Origin: Microcoleus sp. | Lineage (GTDB): Bacteria > Cyanobacteriota > Cyanobacteriia > Cyanobacteriales > Microcoleaceae | DNA: 64,000 nt | NCBI GenBank assembly: GCA_052279835.1 | Contig: CP181291.1 | Span: forward strand, 6,144,001 to 6,208,000 | Direction of reading: 5' to 3' | Shown here: one piece after another, positions 1-9,426 of the stretch | How the letters are laid out: each line of letters starts with the position of its first letter | Numbering within the stretch: the first letter of the stretch is position 1 | Translations under genes and position numbers: made by a program | The notes under the pieces: model-generated | Database searches by the model: none | The model's input: only the letters and a program-made list of their open reading frames with translations | Told to the model about the DNA's origin: nothing

Positions 1-1
1 C

Positions 2-1144
2 GGCTCGTTTTATTGGGTAGATTCCACCATCGCCCCCATCTTTGACACCCATGGTAAAATTATTAAATATATTGCCATCCGCTTTGACATCAATGAACGC
101 AAAAAAGCACAAGAAGGACTAGAAAAATTAGCAGCAGAACGCAAAGCAGAAGCTGATTCATTGACCCAGCAAGTCCTCAAATTGTTAGGAGAAATTAAAG
201 GCGCGGCTCAAGGCGATTTGACTGTCAGAGCAGAAGTTAATAACGATGTTTTAGGTGCTGTCGCCGACTCCTTCAACTTCCTGATCGGTTCCCTGCGAAA
301 AGTGGTTACAGGAATTCAAACTTTAGCAGAACAGGTAACATCAGCCACCGATGAGTCAATTAGTAATACCAGCCAACTGACGCAACAAGCAGAAGTTCAA
401 GCAGCCAAAATATCTGCCATCATGCAAGAAATCGATCGCATTGTCAATTCAATCCGTGACGTGCGAGATGTTTCGGTGCGCGCCGAAACAGTCGCCCAAC
501 AGTCTTCTCACACCGCTGAAGCCGGCGGTATGGCGGTCGATCGAGCTGTAGAAGGCATTAACGAACTCCGATTGACGATCGCCTCAACCTCAAAAATGAT
601 GAAACGTTTAGGTGAGTCTTCCCAACAAATCGGCAAAATTGTGACATCTATTTCGCAACTTGCTTCCCAAACTAATTTGCTAGCCCTCAATGCTACCATT
701 GAAGCCGCGCGGGCGGGGGAACAAGGTTTAGGTTTTGCAGTTGTAGCCGAAGAAGTGCGAAAATTAGCAGAAAGATCCGCCGGTGCGACGGAAGAAATCT
801 CCGAAATTGTCGGTACAATTCAAGAAGAAATCAGTCGTGTAATGAAGGCAATGGAATCAGGAACACTGGAAGTAGTGGAAGGTACTAAACTCGCCAGCGA
901 AGCTAAAACTCACCTGAATGCCATCATCGAAGTTAGCCGGGAAATGAACGCTTTGGTGCAAAATATTACTCGCGCCTCAGCAAAACAAACAATTTCGGCT
1001 GAGGAGATTTCTAACAGTATGCAGCAAGTGAATGAGATTGCCAATACAACTGCTCAAAAAGGTTCGGATGTTAAAGCATCTTTGGACGATCTGTCTGGTT
1101 CTGTTGCTAAATTACAAAAATCAGTCGCGAATTTTAGGAGTTAG
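2..1144 (+). CDS. Methyl-accepting chemotaxis protein (PilJ-like), 5'-truncated by the window, with PAS/PAC motif
   Basis: Frame is open from base 2: [34 protein letters not shown] (PAC motif), then a HAMP-like segment and the MCP hairpin [34 protein letters not shown]. Confidence 0.93.
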   Translation, partial: GSFYWVDSTIAPIFDTHGKIIKYIAIRFDINERKKAQEGLEKLAAERKAEADSLTQQVLKLLGEIKGAAQGDLTVRAEVNNDVLGAVADSFNFLIGSLRKVVTGIQTLAEQVTSATDESISNTSQLTQQAEVQAAKISAIMQEIDRIVNSIRDVRDVSVRAETVAQQSSHTAEAGGMAVDRAVEGINELRLTIASTSKMMKRLGESSQQIGKIVTSISQLASQTNLLALNATIEAARAGEQGLGFAVVAEEVRKLAERSAGATEEISEIVGTIQEEISRVMKAMESGTLEVVEGTKLASEAKTHLNAIIEVSREMNALVQNITRASAKQTISAEEISNSMQQVNEIANTTAQKGSDVKASLDDLSGSVAKLQKSVANFRS

Positions 1145-1156
1145 TCAGTTGATAGT

Positions 1157-3961
1157 ATGAATGATAACGACTTAAATGAATTAATAGATGCTTTTATCGC
1201 TGAAACCCAAGAGTTTCTGCAATCAATGGAGAGCAACTTATTGGGGATGGAATCTGGTGATTTAAAACAACGAGAAGCCGCAGTAAAAGAAATGTTTCGA
1301 GCGGCTCACTCCATCAAAGGTGCTGGTTCAATGTTGGGGTTTAACAACGTATCTGTCGCAGCTCACGCTCTGGAGGACTGTTTTGTCATTTTTCGCGATC
1401 GCACAGACTTGTCAGCCCTAGAACAGACAACAGTAACTCTATTGCTACAAGGTGTGGATGCTCTCAAAAAAATTACTACCGAATCAATTCACCACTCCGA
1501 TGTCAGCAGTCCCGATCAAACAGAAAACTTGGAGATAATCGCCCAAATTCAACTTCAATTCGAGCATCTATACGGCAGGCCAGAACCACCGGCAGTTCCG
1601 GTAATCAGCAAATCCCCCGCCCCAGAAACCCTGAAATTGATTTTTGAACACGAATTACCACCAGTCTTAAATCGCCTAGAAACCGAACTTTCCCAAGCTT
1701 CAGAGGCTGATTTAGCAACCAGCGTCACCGCACTCAACCAGGTTTATTACCAACTCTCCGGTTTAGCTGGAATGTTGCAATTGCCAGACTTTGGGAAAGT
1801 TGCCGAACCCCTCAGAGATTTGATCGACTCCAAGGATTTAACACTAGAACAGTTGCAATCCCAGGGTTGGGCGATTGCTCAAAACCTACAAACCGCACGT
1901 CAGCAAATATTAGCAGGAAAGGCGATCGCCCCCCCCAAAATCTCCCCCCCCACTCAGGAAGAAAGCCAACCAGAACCCAAAACCAAGGACACCCACGCAC
2001 CATCCACCGCCCCTACACAATCCTCAGTCCCCAACCCCCAGCGCCCCACAATCCGAGTAGACTTAGAACGCTTGACAGAATTAGTCAATCTAGTTGGGGA
2101 ATTAGTCATCAACCGTACCAACTTAGAACTTCAAGAATCCGAACTCCGCAGCGAAGTCAAGCGCATCCGTCGCAGTATTATCGATTTGAACCAATTCGGC
2201 GGTCAGTTGCGAGAAGAATATGACAGGATGAGCTTTGGAGACTGGAAAAGTGCCCATGACAACCTAGGAATCGGAAAATTTGCAGAACTAAACCAAGAAA
2301 TTCCCACCATTACTAACGGCAAATCCTCTAGACCCAATTCTCACTTTGATGTCTTAGAAATGGATCAATACACAGAGTTCCACTCTACAGCCTCTGAAGT
2401 GATCGAAACCACCGAAGCAATTGCTCAATCTGCCACCAAATTAGACTCCTTATCCATGAGATTCGAGCGCAGTATCGACCAACTGCGCCGCATCACCGAA
2501 CAACTACGCAGTCGCGTCATGCAGTTGCGAGTAGTCAGTTTCAGTCGCGCCGTCGATCATTTGCCACGAGCACTCAGGGATATGTGTCTCACCTATGATA
2601 AAGATGTCAATCTGCTGCTGTTAGGACGCGATACCAAAATTGACGAAAGTTTGCTAGATGCTTTGCGCGACCCCTTGGTACATCTAGTGAGAAATGCTTT
2701 TGACCACGGCATTGAAATGCCAGAAATTCGGCAGCAAATGGGCAAGCCAGCCAGCGGTCAAATTGAAATAGAAGCGCGACACCAAGGGGGTCAAACTATT
2801 ATCACTGTCGCCGATGATGGTAAAGGTATTGACCCGGAAATCATTCGCCACAAAATTGTGAAAAAGGGTTTGGCCACAGAGGAACAAGCCGAAGATTTTT
2901 CGATTGCGGAACTCTACGATTTTCTATTTTGGCCTGGTTTCAGCACAGTCGAAGAAGTGAGCGACCTTTCAGGGCGGGGAGTTGGCCTAGACGTGGTACG
3001 AGCGAATTTGCGGACGGTTCGAGGCACTGTAAAGGTGGATTCTCGCCTGGGAAAAGGCACGAGTTTTATCATCAAACTGCCACTTTTACTGTCGATTACT
3101 GACGCCTTGATGGTGAAGACCGATCGCAATAAAATAGCAGTACCACTGGATGCAGTCGAGGAAATTCTCCACATCAAAGCCTCCGAAGTGCACACCGCCG
3201 GAAATCAGCCCATGCTGTGGTGGCGGGAGGAATTTATTCGTTTAGTGCGACTCCAAGACTTGCTCGAATATAGCGTTTTAGGCCCCGATGCCCCCTCTCC
3301 TGACCCTTTAACCCAAGACCACATTCCGGTGCTAGTCTTAGCTTCTAGCGAAGGAATGCTAGCGGTTGCCGTGGAACGGCTCATCGGTCAGCAGGAAATT
3401 GTGGTAAAACCCTTACCATCGCCTCTGTCTAAGCCTCGCGGGGTTTTGGGAAGTACGATTTTAGGAGACGGGCGAGTGGTGACTATTTTGGATGTGGATG
3501 ATTTGGTGGGCCAACCCTCAGCAAATAGTTCGATCGCCTCTGTGTCTGGTAAAGTACCACATTTAGCACCAACTTCGAGTCATGCACCGCAAATTTTAGT
3601 GGTAGACGATTCCTATACAATTCGGCAATTGCTGTCATTGATGCTGACGAGAGCTCGCTATCGAGTAGTGCAGGCCAAGGACGGCTTGGACGCCCTGGAA
3701 AAGTTGCAAAACGGTCTCGATTGCAGTTTAGCGATTGTGGATATTGAAATGCCCCGGATGGATGGATTTGAATTTTTGCGATCGCTGCGATCGACCCAAC
3801 GGTTTGCTAAAATTCCCGTAGCCATGCTCACCTCCCGCAGCGGTGAAAAACACCGCCAAATGGCAATGGAACTAGGCGCAAATCAATACTTCACCAAACC
3901 TTACAGCGAAGCCCAACTTTTAGAAGCCATCCCCAAATTAATCAAACATCAAACAATATGA
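1157..3961 (+). CDS. cheA: Hybrid CheA-like histidine kinase (Hpt, dimerisation, HATPase, CheW, receiver)
   Basis: FRAAHSIKG Hpt; HLVRNAFDHGIE, DDGKGID, SGRGVGLDVV; CheW domain; C-terminal receiver ILVVDDS..DIEMPRMDG. Confidence 0.95.
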   Translation: MNDNDLNELIDAFIAETQEFLQSMESNLLGMESGDLKQREAAVKEMFRAAHSIKGAGSMLGFNNVSVAAHALEDCFVIFRDRTDLSALEQTTVTLLLQGVDALKKITTESIHHSDVSSPDQTENLEIIAQIQLQFEHLYGRPEPPAVPVISKSPAPETLKLIFEHELPPVLNRLETELSQASEADLATSVTALNQVYYQLSGLAGMLQLPDFGKVAEPLRDLIDSKDLTLEQLQSQGWAIAQNLQTARQQILAGKAIAPPKISPPTQEESQPEPKTKDTHAPSTAPTQSSVPNPQRPTIRVDLERLTELVNLVGELVINRTNLELQESELRSEVKRIRRSIIDLNQFGGQLREEYDRMSFGDWKSAHDNLGIGKFAELNQEIPTITNGKSSRPNSHFDVLEMDQYTEFHSTASEVIETTEAIAQSATKLDSLSMRFERSIDQLRRITEQLRSRVMQLRVVSFSRAVDHLPRALRDMCLTYDKDVNLLLLGRDTKIDESLLDALRDPLVHLVRNAFDHGIEMPEIRQQMGKPASGQIEIEARHQGGQTIITVADDGKGIDPEIIRHKIVKKGLATEEQAEDFSIAELYDFLFWPGFSTVEEVSDLSGRGVGLDVVRANLRTVRGTVKVDSRLGKGTSFIIKLPLLLSITDALMVKTDRNKIAVPLDAVEEILHIKASEVHTAGNQPMLWWREEFIRLVRLQDLLEYSVLGPDAPSPDPLTQDHIPVLVLASSEGMLAVAVERLIGQQEIVVKPLPSPLSKPRGVLGSTILGDGRVVTILDVDDLVGQPSANSSIASVSGKVPHLAPTSSHAPQILVVDDSYTIRQLLSLMLTRARYRVVQAKDGLDALEKLQNGLDCSLAIVDIEMPRMDGFEFLRSLRSTQRFAKIPVAMLTSRSGEKHRQMAMELGANQYFTKPYSEAQLLEAIPKLIKHQTI

Positions 3962-3967
3962 TTAACG

Positions 3968-4070
3968 AACCGCGAAGACACAAAGAGCGCGAAGAAAGAA
4001 CAGCATTTTCTTCCTTCCCCCTGATTCCTTCCCCCTGATTCCTTCCCCCCTTGGGGGGGGTAGGGGGGGG
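3968..4070. repeat. Dispersed intergenic repeat (AACCGCGAAG family) with C/G-tract hairpin
   Basis: aaccgcgaagacacaaagagcgcgaagaaagaacagcatt followed by cccccctt-ggggggg; closely related to 24732-24838. Confidence 0.7.
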
Positions 4071-4073
4071 TTC

Positions 4074-4118
4074 TTCTTCCTTCTTCCTTCTTCCTTCTTC
4101 CTTCTTCCTTCTTCCTTC
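4074..4118. repeat. Heptamer tandem repeat (STRR-type, TTCTTCC)
   Basis: About six tandem TTCTTCC units before the cheW ATG. Confidence 0.85.
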
Positions 4119-4122
4119 TCCT

Positions 4123-4599
4123 ATGACTCACGCCAACTACAATCGCCGCTTCCGCAACCAGAAACAAACAAATGCCAGATCCCCTGCCCGCAAATTAGTT
4201 TCCTTTGACCTAGGCAGCGTTTATTATGCTGTTCCGATTGAACGAGTACAGCGCGTTGTCAAAGACTTTAATCCCTACGGTTTTTTAGATAGTGGTAATA
4301 GTTTAGTCAGGCATCAGGAAGAACTAATTACGCTAATTGATTTATCTAAAATATTTAAATCCACTAAAAGTATGGCTGACTGCAACTACCTAATTGTTTG
4401 CACTTTCAATCAAGGCGAGCGCTTGGGAATTCCCATTCCTGATATGCCGAAGATTTTAGAAATTTCCGAAGCAGCTTTTTGTGAAATTCCCCTATTGTAC
4501 CGCCAACAGCAACTACCTGCGGCTGTTGAAAAATTAATTCGCGCACCGGATGGTTCCGAAGTCTTTTATTTAAATTTGGATTTATTTAGTTCAATTTAG
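4123..4599 (+). CDS. cheW: CheW-like adaptor protein
   Basis: KLVSFDLGSVYYAVPIERVQRVV; follows cheA; start moved to ATG 4123 because the upstream extension is repeat DNA. Confidence 0.85.
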   Translation: MTHANYNRRFRNQKQTNARSPARKLVSFDLGSVYYAVPIERVQRVVKDFNPYGFLDSGNSLVRHQEELITLIDLSKIFKSTKSMADCNYLIVCTFNQGERLGIPIPDMPKILEISEAAFCEIPLLYRQQQLPAAVEKLIRAPDGSEVFYLNLDLFSSI

Positions 4600-4622
4600 C
4601 TCAGTTATAACATAGAATATAA

Positions 4623-5264
4623 ATGGTATTTTGTCAACGATATATGAAAAAAAATACAATGAAAAAAATTACAATATTGTCGATCGCCCTACTAACTTTT
4701 GCAGTAACTCCAGAGTTTCCGCAAGTGGGACTGTCTTTAAGTGCGATCGGCCAACCAAAAACTCCCCAACCACCCAAAAAAGACGACCCCAAAAACCTCG
4801 GCTACGTCTCCCCCGAATTTGCCGAAAAGGTGTCCCAACAAGAAATTGAGCAAATCAACGCCAACGTCGAAACCCTGCTGCTAACTCAAAGCTGCATCCG
4901 CTGCGACCTCCGAGGTATAAAGTTAGTTAACCTTACTTTAAAAAACCCGATCGTTACCGGAGCAGATTTATCAGACGCCAACCTCAGCGGAGGAACTTTC
5001 GAGTTAGCAGATTTTGTCAACACTAACCTAGCACGCACCGACTTAAGCGGTTCAGTTTTAATAGGAGCCAGAATCAGCAATACTAATCTCAGGAAAGCTA
5101 ACTTGACAAATACTAATTTAGATGGTGCTGACTTGCGCTTTGCTGATTTGAGAGATGCCAATCTTTCTAATACCAACCTCCGCAATGCTAACATGGATGG
5201 TGCTAGTTTGGATCGAGCCAGTATGGGAGGCACAACTATGCCCGATGGCAGGAAAAATCAATAA
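4623..5264 (+). CDS. Exported pentapeptide-repeat protein
   Basis: Signal-like MKKITILSIALL (start may be 4659); CIRCDL followed by A(D/N)LXX repeats. Confidence 0.9.
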   Translation: MVFCQRYMKKNTMKKITILSIALLTFAVTPEFPQVGLSLSAIGQPKTPQPPKKDDPKNLGYVSPEFAEKVSQQEIEQINANVETLLLTQSCIRCDLRGIKLVNLTLKNPIVTGADLSDANLSGGTFELADFVNTNLARTDLSGSVLIGARISNTNLRKANLTNTNLDGADLRFADLRDANLSNTNLRNANMDGASLDRASMGGTTMPDGRKNQ

Positions 5265-5292
5265 TATTAAATTCATCATTCCTGACGGCTAG

Positions 5293-6540
5293 CTATATTA
5301 ACCGCCATGCAATTAAAGCTGCTGTTTTACCTTTAGCCGCGATCGGTTCACAAGGTTCAACCCTTAGATTTTGTGACATCCTTTGATAAACAGCATCAGA
5401 AATAGTAATCGCACCACCAGGCGTGGCACTTTCTAAGCGTTTTGCTGTATTGACAACATCACCAATCACCGTATAAGTCCGAACATCTTCACCGCCAAAT
5501 AGCCCTTCAATAACGCTCCCGCAATGCACCCCGCATCCCGCACCAATTCCATATAATTCAAGCATTTCTAAAGCAGCTTTACTCATAGATTTAGCCGCAG
5601 CAATTCCCTGCTGTGGCGTAGCATAAATCGCCATAATTTCATCGGCGGTAAATGTTATTCTTAAAGGCTTAAACTGAGAAGCTGCTGGTTCAACACAGCG
5701 GTAATATTCATTGATAACCGCTGCAACTGTCTCAGGAGAAGTTTTTTCGCACCAACTTGTAAAACCGCGAATATCCATAAATAAAATCGTGCGATCGCAC
5801 TTTTGAAAAGCCAAACCTGCTGGATTATTAAGCGCTGTGTCTACTACATGACTCCCCATACCCCATTCTGCCATGTTTCCCAGTAGTTGAGCCGTTTTTT
5901 GTAGCTGCTTTCTCTGTTTGACAAGCTGTACCGACTGCAACCCTAAAAGCAAACCGATAAACACCATACTCCAACTAAGAAACCAGTGCGTTGCCGACCG
6001 TGAAAATGTCACTATCAATTCTAAATTAGCAATTAAATATTGAGACTTAATCCCAATCACAATATAAAAAGCTACCACCATCAGAGCCCTTACCAAACTT
6101 TCCAGTGGAATCAGCCAATAATCAATACCCTTAGCCCAATGGAATCGCAATCCTTGCAAAGTAGCAATCATCAGAGAAAATAACCAAAAGACAACGTGAC
6201 TAGGATTTTGGAAAAAATCTAGCCCGTCTATCGGCACATCAATCAGCGTATAGATACCAACGCAGATCAGGTTTCCCCAAAAACGGTGGCATTTCGAGTT
6301 CGACAGATACCAAGCCTGAACAAGCATTGCTACTATCAGTAAATATTCAGTTGGATCTGTGATAAATTTGAACAAACCAGCTAATATCAAGTCTGATAAA
6401 CTCTTCAGAATTAAAAAATGGCCGCTATTACTTAATACTTCACTGAGAAATGCACTGGTGCGGCTTCCTTGTAGCCGACTTTCCCATACATTTTTTGACT
6501 TGAGACTTGATTTTGCCGTTTCAATACTTCTATTTTTCAT
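5293..6540 (-). CDS. Membrane-bound class III nucleotidyl (adenylate/guanylate) cyclase
   Basis: Several TM helices; LFMDIRGFT, ADEIMA, GVHCG, YTVIGDVVNTAKRLES. Confidence 0.9.
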   Translation of the reverse strand: MKNRSIETAKSSLKSKNVWESRLQGSRTSAFLSEVLSNSGHFLILKSLSDLILAGLFKFITDPTEYLLIVAMLVQAWYLSNSKCHRFWGNLICVGIYTLIDVPIDGLDFFQNPSHVVFWLFSLMIATLQGLRFHWAKGIDYWLIPLESLVRALMVVAFYIVIGIKSQYLIANLELIVTFSRSATHWFLSWSMVFIGLLLGLQSVQLVKQRKQLQKTAQLLGNMAEWGMGSHVVDTALNNPAGLAFQKCDRTILFMDIRGFTSWCEKTSPETVAAVINEYYRCVEPAASQFKPLRITFTADEIMAIYATPQQGIAAAKSMSKAALEMLELYGIGAGCGVHCGSVIEGLFGGEDVRTYTVIGDVVNTAKRLESATPGGAITISDAVYQRMSQNLRVEPCEPIAAKGKTAALIAWRLI

Positions 6541-6656
6541 CTTAATTAAAGGTCAGCGACCAGAGAATTATTGTATACCAGTCCCCCAAAAAAGATGCAA
6601 CTGTAGAGAGAATTAAAACCACGATATTCATCAGTCATTCCAGACAAAAAATGGTA

Positions 6657-7241
6657 TTAGCTATCTTCCTCTGTTGTTTGCGGGCGACGTTTCCGAAAAA
6701 TACCAGTCATATTGATTCCTGTTACCAGCAGAAAAATCACACCCAAACCCACCAAAAACACATAGATTGGCATCAAAAAATCTCCCAAATATTCTCCTTG
6801 GTGGATATTCAAAAAAACTTCTCCTACCTCTTTCGGCATCTTAAACCAGCTTCTGCCAACTCGGTAGATTACACCTGTCACCGTACTGACTGTTAAAGGC
6901 AATAAAATAATCGGTGCAGCAATACGGTGAACCTTACGAAAATCAAGTTTAGCACCTGGTCTTTCAGGGCGTGCGCCACCAAAAAATCTGGTCATCGTCA
7001 AACCAGTAACTATCAGCCCAATCACTCCCAAAGCCAGCAAAAGCACATAAAATGGTCTGAGTTCCTTTCCGAGATAGCTTCCTTGGTGAATCACCATGAA
7101 AATCTCAGCAGCATCACCTTCTATGCCAAACCAATCTTCTCCCAGCCGATAGGCAACACCAGTTAATGCACTCAATAGTAAAGGGATGAAAATAATCGGT
7201 GCAACTTGGCGGTGAAGTTTGCGAAAATTAATGCTAGCCAT
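6657..7241 (-). CDS. PepSY-associated TM domain protein (two internal repeats)
   Basis: Duplicated FRK(L/V)HR..APII..PL.....TGV.YR and (M/L).IHQG.YLG motifs. Confidence 0.8.
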   Translation of the reverse strand: MASINFRKLHRQVAPIIFIPLLLSALTGVAYRLGEDWFGIEGDAAEIFMVIHQGSYLGKELRPFYVLLLALGVIGLIVTGLTMTRFFGGARPERPGAKLDFRKVHRIAAPIILLPLTVSTVTGVIYRVGRSWFKMPKEVGEVFLNIHQGEYLGDFLMPIYVFLVGLGVIFLLVTGINMTGIFRKRRPQTTEEDS

Positions 7242-7311
7242 CTATTTATTCTCCTATTTGTTAGATGTTTTGTTGTTGACAAATTAGATATTCTTGGACG
7301 AACGGGTAGGC

Positions 7312-7375
7312 AGAAACCGGGTTTTTGCGAAAGATTTCGTTGCTACCCGCAGATTAGGTAAAAAACCCGGTTTCT
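7312..7375. repeat. Palindromic dispersed repeat (AGAAACCGGGTTTTT...AAAAACCCGGTTTCT)
   Basis: Terminal inverted repeats; further copies at 46682-46747 and 47462-47526, partial ones near 53057 and 63904. Confidence 0.85.
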
Positions 7376-7433
7376 TTGGTCGAAGTGGGTAAGTCCTGTT
7401 GTGAAAAACCAGGCTTCGGCGCAAATCCTAGCA

Positions 7434-8372
7434 TTATGAAAAAGTGAAATCAGCCGCGTTAATATTTGCAGAATTAACTCCTTTCAATACTGCCAAATAT
7501 TGACCCGTACTTGCTATCTGTAACAGAGTATCGCTAGCATAAATTCCACTTCCTTGAGTGATATTAATGTTAGCAAATCCTAAGCCATCTTTCAGCTTCA
7601 GTATGTCTGCGCCTTTTTGAAAGTCCGTGATGATATCAGCGATATCGAGAGTATTTGTAGCCGATCGCCCTTCTAGCTCAAATAAATCCAAACCCATGCC
7701 GCCGGTCAGAATATCTTTGCCCTTCCCTCCATCAAGGATATCATTTCCTGCACCGCCGCTAAGTGTGTCAAAACCCTTGCCGCCTTCTAGTTTATCATTG
7801 CCATTGCTGCCAGTCAGAATATCATTGCCCTTGCTTCCTTTTAAAGCAATATTATTGCCAAGAATTCCTGTCAAGTTGTCATCACTATCTGTACCTTTAA
7901 TCTCATTCTCGTAGAAACGGCCGTCACTTTCGTATCCATAATTACTAACACTCCCTGAAGTACCAGTTTGATAACCACTTTGGTATCCATCATTGCTGCT
8001 ACGATTTTGGTATCCATCGTTGCTGCTACTACTTATGTACCCAGAATTGCTGTTACCATTTTGGTATACATCATCGTTATTACTACTTTCGTAACGGCTG
8101 TCATCACCACTTTCGTAGCCAGAATTGCTGCTACCAATGTTGTAACGGCTGTCATCGCCACTTTCGTAGCCAGAATTGCTGTTACTAATGTTGTAACGGC
8201 TGTCATCACCACTTTCGTAGCCAGAATTGCTGTTACCACTTTCACCGCTTTCGCCACTTTCCCCAATTGAGAGTTGGTATCTCTCCGATGATGCTCGATC
8301 GACATCGATAGAATTATCTTGTGTCACGTATGATTGTCCCACGCCTGTCCAAATTTTAGTTTGGTTGCTCAT
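7434..8372 (-). CDS. RTX/hemolysin-type calcium-binding repeat protein with low-complexity G/E/S/N/Y N-terminal half
   Basis: GGxGxDxL nonapeptides (GGKGFDTL, GGAGNDIL, GGKGKDIL) and C-terminal ADIITDFQKGAD..ADF; N-terminus MSNQTKIWTGVG, GESGESGESG. Confidence 0.88.
   Translation of the reverse strand: MSNQTKIWTGVGQSYVTQDNSIDVDRASSERYQLSIGESGESGESGNSNSGYESGDDSRYNISNSNSGYESGDDSRYNIGSSNSGYESGDDSRYESSNNDDVYQNGNSNSGYISSSSNDGYQNRSSNDGYQSGYQTGTSGSVSNYGYESDGRFYENEIKGTDSDDNLTGILGNNIALKGSKGNDILTGSNGNDKLEGGKGFDTLSGGAGNDILDGGKGKDILTGGMGLDLFELEGRSATNTLDIADIITDFQKGADILKLKDGLGFANINITQGSGIYASDTLLQIASTGQYLAVLKGVNSANINAADFTFS
8091..8236 (-). repeat. 51-bp (17-aa) in-frame tandem repeat, about 3 copies
   Basis: gtaacggctgtcatc recurs at 8091, 8142 and 8193; encodes SNSGYESGDDSRY(NI..). 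Confidence 0.9.
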
Positions 8373-8420
8373 TTGTCAAATCCTGGTTGTTTAACTCGTC
8401 TACAATTACTGTGACAAAAC

Positions 8421-8441
8421 AAAGTAAAGAACTCGGAAAGA
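8421..8441 (-). promoter_or_regulatory. 21-bp upstream box of the RTX gene (candidate OmpR-family operator)
   Basis: Minus strand TCTTTCCGAGTTCTTTACTTT, identical to 9239-9259 on plus; TCTTT repeated with 11-bp period. Confidence 0.65.
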
Positions 8442-8480
8442 CATAAAATTTATTTCATCCGCCTCGAAAACCTCTTTAAC

Positions 8481-9162
8481 CTAAACATCAGCCCATTTTC
8501 GCAGCAAATTAGCAATGCTTTTGGATAGCAAGTCAAACTCCGCTGTCTTTCCCGACTTCTGAAAAAGGGTATCGCGAACCGTATCCAAATCAAAGAGAAT
8601 TTCTCGTTTGTGAGCATCCCGAACTAAACTCTGCACCCAAGTCACCGCCGCTAGTCTTTCACCTTCAGTGACAGGTTCCACACGATGTAAAGTTGTAGTA
8701 GGATAAACAACCATTGAACCAGCATCAAGTTTAAAAGCTTGTTCGCCTTGGGTACTTTCAATCACTAATTCCCCGCCCGTATAAGTTGCAGGATCGCTGA
8801 GAAATAGAGTGAGAGACAAATCCGATCGCATTAGTTCTTCATCTCCCATAATCGCATTATCAATATGTGTCCCGTAGTACATTCCTCCCTGATAGCGACT
8901 AAACATAATGGGACGAATTGCTTTAGGGCGCGCCGCTATTTGGAATAAAGAATTGCGTTTTAGTGCTTGATTGACTAAATTTCTGAGTTTCCTGAGTTGG
9001 AGCCGCATCATTTTTTAGTTGAGCATTATTTTTTACTTGTTGGGCGTACCAACCTGCTGTTAATTTCCCATCGACAAATTCAGCATTTTTTAGGCGATCG
9101 ATAATTAATCCTAATTCCTCTGAAGTCAGAATATTTGCCATACAGATAATCATTGGGGACAC
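8481..9162 (-). pseudogene. piuC: PKHD-type Fe(II)/2OG hydroxylase (PiuC/YbiX), split by a +1 frameshift
   Basis: FVDGKLTAGWYAQQVKNN in one frame; FSRY..GMYYGTHIDN, RSDLSLTLFL, YTGGEL, LHRVEPVTEGER in the next; removing one T of 8988-8990 restores ...PTQELRNLV; may be a sequencing error. Confidence 0.88.
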
Positions 9163-9238
9163 TCCTACAGGTTGCTAATGGACTCGCATTGTAGCAATAA
9201 GGTAATGTCTATGCAAACAATTTTTAGAGGTTTTTGGT

Positions 9239-9259
9239 TCTTTCCGAGTTCTTTACTTT
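9239..9259 (+). promoter_or_regulatory. 21-bp upstream box of the Gly-Glu-rich protein gene
   Basis: TCTTTCCGAGTTCTTTACTTT, exact reverse complement of 8421-8441. Confidence 0.65.
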
Positions 9260-9279
9260 TTTCTGGGATAGTAGGAGTA

Positions 9280-9398
9280 ATACCAAATCCTGCCTTTTTA
9301 TCTCCTCTATGATTCGGCGGTTGAAACCGCTACTACACAAACGAAGTCCGCCGACGTGGACTAAGAAATAAAGGGGATTTTTAACCCGGATTTGGTAT
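9280..9398. mobile_element. MITE-like element (119 bp)
   Basis: TIRs ATACCAAATCC / GGATTTGGTAT; internal hairpins gcggttgaaaccgc and agtccgccgacgtggact. Confidence 0.7.
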
Positions 9399-9426
9399 AA
9401 TCACCCAGAATAAGGCTTTTTGAAAG

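Noticed and set aside
4051..4122. N-terminal extension of CheW and the antisense ORF 3949-4167
   Set aside because: Translation of G-tract and TTCTTCC repeat DNA
8091..8236. 51-bp periodic repeat as CRISPR or ncRNA array
   Set aside because: In-frame coding repeat without variable spacers
9172..9192. Fur-like box upstream of piuC
   Set aside because: Only a gapped, weak resemblance (AATGCGAGTCCATTAGCAA on minus); not supportable without a matrix scan
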